Source: Tricharina praecox (taxonomy: Eukaryota). Taken from it: a stretch of 64,000 nucleotides of DNA. The stretch's first letter is position 1; every line of letters begins with the position of its first letter. Of the stretch, positions 55,327 through 64,000 are shown one piece after another. The position numbers were made by a program, and so were the translations under genes. The notes below the pieces were generated by a model. The model had not been told where the DNA came from and did not search any database. It worked only from the letters and a program-made list of their open reading frames with translations. The stretch spans positions 1,922,001-1,986,000 of the forward strand of contig NW_026250404.1 of the NCBI RefSeq assembly GCF_024521635.1. The letters run 5' to 3'.

Positions 55327-56967
55327 CGAACGTACGCCGGTATCGGGTTCTTTGCAGTATTTATCGTGCTGCGGTATTCGAATCCATGGGGGTTGAACCA
55401 TTGGGGGCCCGGATTTCCTGAATATCAGAGCCCGTGCTGCCGGCGGGCTGCTTTCGAAGGTTATATACTACGCCGACATCTCGAATACTACAAGGTATCC
55501 ATATCGAATGCTTGAAAGGTACTATTCCTGCTATGTGTGTGGACACGTTTATACTAACTATCCTCCCATCCAGGCTAAACTCCGTTTTCATGAAAACTGC
55601 AGACGGAGAGCGGTCTGCTAGCGATACATAAGTATGTACGATTCTGCCGGTTTTGGTGGTGATGAGTGAGGGAGAGTTGAGGTTTATACACACCTGTATC
55701 GCCGCTCCGTTACGCATACCCGCTCCGCTCTCTGGCCCGCCTTCTTTTTCCGCCATCTCGTCGAGCTCCCACTTAACATTTTCGGTTCGCCTATCGAACC
55801 AGCCTCGTGGCAGCCATATCTATCTCTTTTCCTTCGGCCTGGTAGGTGTTCTCCAGACCTTGTCTTCTCGCCGCTTGCGTTCACCACGTTTTCCTACCAT
55901 CGGACATATGTATAGCTAACGAAGCGTGCAAGTTATGCCGGTAGATAGTCTATCTATCTACATACTTAACAGCGCACGGTAATAACGGGATGTATCCAGC
56001 CCCTGGAAAGAAGTAGTGCACTCTACGCACGTCATACATGATGTTGACCATCCCGACGGACCTTATGTACTCTTCGGAGACAACACCCACCCAGTCTAGG
56101 AGTTTAAATCCGTAGATGCAGTCAGGTATTTATATACTTACAAGTAGGATTCGCTTACAATCCGAGTGGCTGGAAATGGAGCACAGTTGCTACCTGCATG
56201 TACGTACGTGCCCACTAGTGGGCCCCTCCGGCTATATTGCGTGGCTGATCGTGATTGTCTCACAAAGTTATGTACATCTTCTCACTCGATACATACTCTA
56301 TGTCACACTGCGCACCTGTCATGGGTGAATATTTGGTCCAGCATGAGATCAGGCGGTGGGTGGGTGGGTAAGGGGAGTAAGCCGTCTTATCTAGCTGGTC
56401 ATCTAGGTCGTAAATGGATTATCCGGGGGTGCGATACCGATCATCGTCAGACGGCCCGGTACATTGTCAATCTCACACGGTCGAAGGAGTTTGAGGGAAA
56501 CAAAAATAAGCACAAACCTCTAGAGTGTGCGGGATGGTTTCCGGCAACATGGAGACAGAAGAGGAGGGAAAGAAGGATTTGGAGTGGCTACAAATGGTGC
56601 GGGTGGGTACGAGGATTAGGAGGAATTATACCGGTAGTCAACTTTGAAGCGTTAGTTGCCATTTCTCTCAAATATCATACTATTCTGTTGCCGGAGCAAT
56701 CTTTTAGACGCCTCGCAGCGAGGCTGTCCTACTTTCTGAACTTCTAAGGATCCTGGTAAGCCTTCTCCGGGACAATTGAATAAAAATTGGCGGAGGTATC
56801 AAATCTCTGAAACAGGAGCTACGGAGCTCATTCCCGATCACTCGTGCCAAGAAACGTTAGCGGCATTCTTCGTGCCGTAGGAAACCCCTGACCTCATGAA
56901 GATCCCAATAGCTCCGAAGCTCTCAATCCACCTCGTCTCTCTCATAACAAACAAACAACCACTCACC

Positions 56968-59260
56968 ATGGCTCCACCTCGCCCCCCGCCGACTGAGCAT
57001 CAACTCCAACAGTCCGAGGAGTGGAAACAGAAAGGAAACGCCGCTTTTCGTCTCAAGTAGGTTTCCTTGCGTTTCATTTCGCAAGATCTAAAGCTGAGGT
57101 TTGTAATCTCAGGAACTTCACCGAAGCTTTCTCGAGTTACACTGAGGCGATTGCTCTGAATCCGACGTCGCACTTTCTGTATTCCAACCGTTCGGCGGCT
57201 CTGCTTTCTCTCGGCCGGCATCCATTGGCCCTCAACGATGCCAAACGTGCCATTGAGCTGGATCCTAAATGGTCCAAAGGATACAGAAGAAAGGCGACGG
57301 TTCTGGATGCCATGAAGAGGTATAGGGACGCTCTTGTGGTCTACGAGGAGGCCCTTGCGGTGACCAGGTTGGACGACAGCCTCTCGGATGATCAGAAGAA
57401 GAAGGAGGAGGTCGAAGTCAAGAAGCTGATGATAGGTTTGTTTCTGGGTGATTTATGGTTGGTTCTGTCTGGTTGCTGACGGCCCGCATAGCGTTGAGCA
57501 AGAAGCTTAACGCGAGACCGGAGCACCCTGGAATTCTCCATACCCAAAGAGATCTAGAGAATTCTCCTGGTATTCTCATCGTGAGAGAGGCAGAGCGTCG
57601 CGCGCAACAGGGCGTGCCGTTCGGAAGCTGGCCTCCTATCGGATCTTGCTTTCGGAGGTTGTGGATAGCGTTTGGCTCCCCACCAAGACCACTACAATCC
57701 ATCGTGCTGATTATTGCAGAGAAATGCAGTTTCACAACGCTCTCATCCACTTGAATGAGTACAATACTGTCGAAGTGATGGTTCCGCGCTCGGACCAGCC
57801 CGAGCCACTCATCTATGGACAACTCCAGACACTCGAAGAACTCACCACCGCAATGACCGAGGATATCCGCGTGGCTCGTATGGATCACGTGCTTCTCGGT
57901 AAGCTTCGCATGTGTCTCCAGCTCGAGCAGCAGCGACGGAATGCCATAGGACCCAACATGTCACCCAGGGACACGATCCAAGAATATCTGCGTAGGTTGA
58001 CCGAGCCAGTATCATCTAGGCAAGTGTTTGAAACCGGAGCAGGCACCGGCAGCACAATGGCTGTTGGCTGGGACTATGTTCGTCCGGCTCTGCAGCTGAG
58101 CATTCGCTCATCCCTTATATGCGGATTCATCAAGGATGTATTCGCCGAGGGTGAGATAGGGGACGAAGAGTTCCGTCGCTGTGTGGACCTTATTGAAGAG
58201 GCTCGAGCTCAATGGCCTGATGTCAGTGGTGGTGTTCGTGGTAGGACTCTCGAGGAGACCTTTCTTCGTCAGGTAAGTACTCGAGCATGTGTCTTGATGT
58301 CCCCGTCAAAACCACCAACACTCACGGGCAACCCAGATTAAAGTGCACCTCGCGGAGTCCCTCGCTAGGAAGTATATGCAGAATCCCAGCGACCCCAACC
58401 GAATCAAATTTCTCGATGAAATCATCTCGATAACCATGTGGATCATCCATTCTTTCGAGAACAACCCTCACCCTCCAGAAGACGAGAAACATACTACTCC
58501 CGCCGGCGAGCCCGGTTGGTGGACGGTATACTACACCCACTACGTCGCCCCGCTAGCCAAAGCGCACAATCTCTTCGCTTTCGCCAACCTCCGCTACGGC
58601 ATGGACGTCGAGCACGTCGCCCTCAACTCCAAAGAAACCGGCGCACGTGGCCCCATCGCCTCCAGTCCCAGCCGTCTCGGCGTCGCAGCCATCCACTACG
58701 CCACCGCCGCCGCCTGGATGCCCCCCGACGAGCCCGAGCGAGCTAATGCCCTCTGGTACGCCATCTTCAGCATGGTCCGTCGCGGCGGCTACTACCTCGC
58801 CGACTTCGAGATCATTCGCGACATGGCAACCAAGTCCCCAGGTTTCTTCATCCCGTTCATCCCCGCCGAAGCCGTCCCCGAGAACCACGCGGGAAAGCAC
58901 GCGGCTGCTGAGGTCCTCGGAACGTCTGCCGGCGGAGAACCCGATATGATCTGCTCCCCCATGGTCCAGTGGCCCGACGACGTCCCCACCGACATGAACA
59001 TCCTCGAGGAGGTTATGAACCCGTGGACGCGTGAGATTGTCAACGGCCCGGGTGGCGGACTCCTGGCGCTGACAGAGGTGATGAGAAACGTGTGGAAGGA
59101 CCGCGTGGAGAAGTGGGGTGAGAAGAAGGAATACATGGGAGCTGACAAGATTTGGGATGATCTTGAGGGCGACCTGAAGACGAACTGGGACCAGGTGTGG
59201 AAGGAGCACCAGGCGGAGGGAAACCTCACCTTTGGCCCCAGGGCGATTGGTGGACTCTAA
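56968..59260 (+). CDS. TPR-repeat protein (Sti1/Hop-like TPR N-terminus) with uncharacterised C-terminal domain, ~5 exons
   Basis: WKQKGNAAF..YTEAIALNP..YSNRSAA..DAKRAIELDPKWSKGYRRK (carboxylate-clamp-type TPR); frame continues across introns to TAA ending at 59260. Confidence 0.85.
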
Positions 59261-60469
59261 ATGTTTTTCTTCTTTGTGTAGCGAACGACAAGATACCAGG
59301 GAAACATACAATAAGGCGTGATTGATAGTTGGCTTCTACATGTGGTTTCCTTGTCCATCTTTCTGTATTTGTTCTTTTTTCGGTTTCATGTGGAGGTTTC
59401 GACGTGGGAGTCAAGTTCGCCGAGCAGGTGATATCGCATGACTCGAGGCCCTGTAGTAGACCGATTCAAGATACCTGCGAGAGTGTCCACAGTGTAGGCA
59501 CTTCGGCCGCCCAACAAACAAAATCATGACTCTTATATTTGTTGACCCTCGCCGGTACGGTCGCCTTACATCCGTTGCAGTTACATGTGTATCCGGCCGT
59601 TCATTTCCCATGATTTTGTAGTCTGCTGATGAAGTGGGCACTCCAGTAGCGGGTTTCTACAGCAACAGGAGGGATTAGTACCTGTTGCAGTCAGCCCAGG
59701 CGCACTACCTACCTGAAGTGCCAGCCGGAGTGCATCTTGAAGGAAGTCTGAACGAGGCTGTATCTACCAACTGCAGAGCAGGTGCGCACTTGAAACGCAC
59801 TTGAAAAGGTAGACAAACAAACACGCTGATTGGCAATCTACTGCAGATTCCATCAGGATTACTAGACAGAGATTGGCGCTCCTCGAGGCTTGAACAGGCG
59901 ATGAGGAGACTCGTAGGTATGTAGCACTACAACCCGAAGACAAGATCTTGAAAGATACATTCAACTCGCCCAATTCAACGCCAACACCACTGCCATTGCC
60001 GATGCTGCCTTGTCCTGTCAAGACTTGTCGGAACCCTCATGCTCAAAACTCGCACATCAGAAGACACGTGTGCTCGAGCAGATCTTTGTTTGCATCTTGC
60101 TCGAGAATCGCTGAAGCGAGTGATCAAGGCTGGGAGCAAATGGCATTCGTTACATACTAGGTAAGCAACGGCCATCAAAGCCAACCAGTTACCATTACCA
60201 CACCATATAGAGTAATGTAAATTAGCAGGTAGAAGTAAACTCCATCAAATCAGTAGCTCCCCGCCAAACGAAATGCACTCGCGTAATTACCACCAAGCAA
60301 CTCCTATCGCATCTCATCGCATGGCATGGCATCCATCTATCACAATTCCCGAACAAGTAGCATAGCAAAAGCAGAGTAAAAGCCAGTAAAAGCCAGTAAA
60401 TATAGCACCCAACACCAGTAAAGAGTAAACGCCACAAATCATTCAAGTCAATCAAGTCAACCAAGTCAC

Positions 60470-62389
60470 TCACGCATCTCGCTTCTTCTCTCTCGGCCGA
60501 ACACTAAGCAGCGGCTCGATCCTCGCGCGCTTGGAGAGACCAACGCGGTATGGCACCTTCCCGCTCTTCAGTGGCGAGTGCAGCTGCTTCTTCTTCTTGC
60601 TGGTCTCTGGGGTGACTGGGGGTGGGATGGGGGTTCGCAGCTCTTCCTCTTCGACCGGGGCGGGAGGAGGAATGGTGTCCTCAGGATCAGCTGGAGGATC
60701 AGCAGTTTTGGTGCGCTTACGCTTAGCCGCGGCTTTGGGTTTGGCGGGAGCGGGCTCTGGTGCGAGGGCAGCAGGGACGTCTTCAATGGCTTCAGGAGCG
60801 GGGGCGGGGTCCTGCTCAATGGTATCCATCTTCTCTTCGGGCTCATTCGCCTCTAGCCGTGACTGTGCCCTCTCAGCAGCCGTCGTCCGCTTTCGCTTCG
60901 CTGTAGCCTTCGGGTTCTCCCCATTCCACTCTCCGCCATCTCCGTCATCAACCGGAGCATCGTCTTTCTTTGAAGTCGTTCGTTTCCGCTTCACCGGCGC
61001 GGCGGCAGGAGCAACCGCAATGCTATCTCCGTATCCCTCATCTTCTTTGGGGGGCTTTGATTTCTTCTTACTCAAGGGCTCAACAGGCGATAGCGGCGGC
61101 GAAGACAACGGTGCATCCATATCACCGTCCGAGTCAGCTACCATCGTAGCTGTAGGTGCGGGTGCAGGGTCAGGGTTGACATTGAGTTCCATCGTGACTT
61201 CATGTTCCGTCGTGAGAATGTTATTATCAACGACGGGCAGCGGCGGATCCTCGTTCTGTTCCTTCTTCTTCCTCTCCTTAGTAGGCCTTTTAGGAGTAGG
61301 TTTTCTCTGCTTCTGCTCCGCATTCCCATCCGCGACTGGCACTAGCACTGGCGACTGCCTCACAGGCTTGTCGGAAAGATTCTGTCGTCCCTTCGCCTTC
61401 GCCGCCCTCCACTCTGACGCAATCCGCATGCCCCCAGCACCACCATCACTATCCACACCACCTCCAACCTCTCCAACACCCAATCCCGCCCACATCTCCG
61501 GCGGATCGGGGATGGTGCTCATCGGGCTCCCGCCATCGCCCAAGCCCATATAATCAGGCAGCGCACCAGTAGCCTGCACCTGACCCTGTTGGATTTCTAT
61601 GGCAAAGGGGGGCGAAGGTAACGGCAGGAAATCCTGCAGCTCCCTGGTCAGATCTCGCTTTCGCTTGATCTCGGTTTTGGCGCGCGGTTTCGTAGTAGTG
61701 GCGGGGGCAACGTCGGAGTCGGAGATGACGATCGGATGCGGAGCAGTTATGGAGCGCGGCTTCCCGGTAGTGGCGGGGGCAAAGTCGTCGGAGATGATGA
61801 TCGGATGTGGAGCGGTTCTGGAGCGCTGCTTGGGCTTGGGTTTCGTCTTTTTCGCAGGCTTCTTCTTGGGGGCGCCGAAATCGCTGTCCGAATCGTTGCC
61901 CATGGTTCGCGGTCGTCCCGCTTCCGTTGCGGCAGACTTCTTCGCCTTCTCTTTCGTCTTCTTCGCTGGTGCCGGGAGAAAGTCGTCGTCGTCGTCGGGC
62001 GGGTTGTAGACATCCCCCTCCGCCTGAGCGTCCCCATTGACCCGCACATCCCCTTCACCCACCTCCCTCGCGATCTGTTCCGCAATGCCCCCCTCAATCG
62101 GCCCCGCTCCTTGCCCCGCAACATCCACGCCGATCGTTTCCTGTCCGCCATCAACTCCCGCGTACTCCCCCGCATACTCTCCGCCAATCGCCGCCGCATA
62201 CTCCCCGCCACTCGCCCCCTCGCCTTCCCTATCGGCAACAGTCTCATACACAGACGGCGCAATCAGCATCCTCGCCGCCTCGATGGCGCACAGCCGCATT
62301 TCGCCGCTTGTCGGTGCGGGTGCGGCGTCGTCGAAGCCGTCGAAGCCGTCGCCGCCGGAGTCTTCGGAGTCTTGGATTTCGAGGGGCAT
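60470..62389 (-). CDS. 639-aa low-complexity, probably disordered nuclear protein with a conserved-looking C-terminal motif
   Basis: Single long ORF; acidic, Pro- and Lys-rich; several KRKR NLS-like clusters; ends HSPLKSGKVPYRVGLSKRARIEPLL. Confidence 0.8.
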   Translation of the reverse strand: MPLEIQDSEDSGGDGFDGFDDAAPAPTSGEMRLCAIEAARMLIAPSVYETVADREGEGASGGEYAAAIGGEYAGEYAGVDGGQETIGVDVAGQGAGPIEGGIAEQIAREVGEGDVRVNGDAQAEGDVYNPPDDDDDFLPAPAKKTKEKAKKSAATEAGRPRTMGNDSDSDFGAPKKKPAKKTKPKPKQRSRTAPHPIIISDDFAPATTGKPRSITAPHPIVISDSDVAPATTTKPRAKTEIKRKRDLTRELQDFLPLPSPPFAIEIQQGQVQATGALPDYMGLGDGGSPMSTIPDPPEMWAGLGVGEVGGGVDSDGGAGGMRIASEWRAAKAKGRQNLSDKPVRQSPVLVPVADGNAEQKQRKPTPKRPTKERKKKEQNEDPPLPVVDNNILTTEHEVTMELNVNPDPAPAPTATMVADSDGDMDAPLSSPPLSPVEPLSKKKSKPPKEDEGYGDSIAVAPAAAPVKRKRTTSKKDDAPVDDGDGGEWNGENPKATAKRKRTTAAERAQSRLEANEPEEKMDTIEQDPAPAPEAIEDVPAALAPEPAPAKPKAAAKRKRTKTADPPADPEDTIPPPAPVEEEELRTPIPPPVTPETSKKKKQLHSPLKSGKVPYRVGLSKRARIEPLLSVRPREKKRDA

Positions 62390-63210
62390 TGGTCGTGTTA
62401 TGTCGTGGCAGTGGTGGTGGTGTGGTGTGGTGCAGGAGAGTGAGGGAGGGGGAGGGGGGGACGTGTTGTGGAGTGGACCGTGGTTGGACGCGGCGGGACA
62501 CGACGGGACGCGGCGGGACTAGGCTTCTTTGGGTGGCGTATGGAGGCCGTGGTCACTGGTTAGACGGGCGAGTGCTGGTAGGAGTGGATACGCGCAGGAG
62601 AATGGAGGGAGGATTACGTAACCCGATCTCTCTCGCCCTCTCTCTCTCTCGAGGCAATGGCAGCAGTCAGCGAGGCACGAGAAAGACGCGTAGTGTTCGG
62701 GTAGATACAGGCCCAGGCCCAGTACATTCACACGAAGATATGTGTGTAAAAGATCCTTCATCACGGGCCATCACACATCACATTGGCGAACCACTATCCG
62801 TGCACGAACAATAAAATTAACAAGCCCATTGAACATCACGCACTTAGTCACGACTCACTTAGGGAGTAACGAAATATACAGCCTAGCCTGCAAAAGAGTA
62901 GAAAAAAACCGTACACCTGCGCAATTCCCAACCAACACAGAAACAGCGCACAATTGAAGGAAAAAGCAGAATGAGAAGGAGAAAGGGGAAAAAAATCCAC
63001 GGCTCGCCCCGCCTTCAAGTAACAAGGGCAGCGAAGCAACAACACAGGTGGAGTGAAAACGCACACACAGAGAGCGAAAAACAGCTAGAGGTAGTAAGAA
63101 ATATCCAAGTAGTAAACCATCAGCAGTACTAGTTTAGGTCGACATTTTGCAGCGTATAATTGCGGTAAAAATGTCCACGAACCCGGCAGGTAACAATCCA
63201 CACCCAGCGG

Positions 63211-64000
63211 TTACTCGAAGGCGGAGAGAAGAATGCCCGAAAAATACTAGAGTTTCGTGAGTTAATGAAGTCGTTTGCGGAATTGATGGTGGTAAATGAC
63301 TCACCTCGCTGGCTTCCTTGGCCTGCTTCTCCTGCCACTCCTTCTCCCACTTGTGGACGTGTTCCTCGATCTCCCTCTCATCAGTGAGACCCTTCTTCCT
63401 TGCACGGGCTCTAAAGTTCGAAAGACGCGCCGACGTCTTCGCCTTCTCGGGATTCTTCTTGCGGTAGTCGGACGACGAGATTCTGTTGCGTTCAACGGGG
63501 GTTCCTTTAGGTTCTAGAGATAAGACGCGTGTCAGACAAAAAGAGACGCGATGTGAGACTTAGGTACCATGTATCTTACCCGCGTCGCGCTTCATTTCAG
63601 CATGAGCTTCGCCGTGCGACTTCTCGAACTCGGCCCTGTCAGGAAGTCCGCGCGTAGCATAGTACTTAAGGTGGTGCCAGAGAGACTGTCTCGGGTTCCG
63701 ACCGGTGAAAGTCTGTCCACACCCCTTGACTGGACAGCGCAGGTTGCCCTGTGGGCCAGGTGATCCTCCCGACTTCTCGACCCTACCCGAGCGCACGCGT
63801 GAACCTGGCGTCTTAGGAATCCTCGTGCCCTGCGGCGTCTGTGGGTCCTGAAGGTGTTCGGGGGTCGCAGTGTTGGAGGCTTCACCACCGTAGGCCGTAT
63901 CTATGATGCCGCTGTTGTTGTTGTTATTGTTGTTGCCGGTCGAAATGTGATTGGTAGTGGGGGTTTTCTTGACGTTTGTAGGCGACTTTTGCTTGGGCGT
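63211..64000 (-). CDS. Partial gene (5' end outside window) with a C2H2-like zinc finger and a basic/coiled-coil C-terminus
   Basis: CPVKGCGQTF..LWHHLK; intron ~63515-63579; next exon EPKGTPVERNR..RARARKKG..WEKEWQEKQAKEASE. Last exon and stop are tentative. Confidence 0.6.

Overview
Gene-dense, intron-rich genomic DNA of a filamentous ascomycete (Pezizomycotina; finer taxonomy not determinable here). I reconstructed spliced models by hand from GT..CTRAC..AG signals, because the ORF track fragments them. Left to right: a partial 3' gene end, a secreted RlpA/expansin-like DPBB protein, COA6, SYS1, MDM35, an intron-containing tRNA-Leu(AAG), trehalose-6-phosphate phosphatase (TPS2), a tiny GPI-anchored peptide gene behind ~4.9 kb of non-coding DNA, clathrin heavy chain, pyruvate carboxylase, enolase, an uncharacterised multi-pass membrane protein, ESS1/PIN1, a BAR-PH-ArfGAP, a Fus3/Kss1 (PMK1/MAK2-type) MAP kinase, two tandem DUF6536-like membrane protein paralogs, a TPR protein, a disordered protein with a conserved C-terminal motif, and a partial zinc-finger-like gene. 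No transposon, CRISPR array or rRNA was recognised. Most notable: (1) the second DUF6536-like copy is intact except for two in-frame CAG>TAG changes; (2) a C-terminal motif resembling the RAD51AP1 RAD51-interaction motif; (3) a 65-aa GPI micro-protein; (4) a TPS2 5' intron hiding an in-frame ATG that would add a mitochondrial-presequence-like extension; (5) 8- to 27-nt micro-exons in PYC and CHC1, with a G28 run beside the PYC ones. All family assignments are from motif recognition, not database searches.
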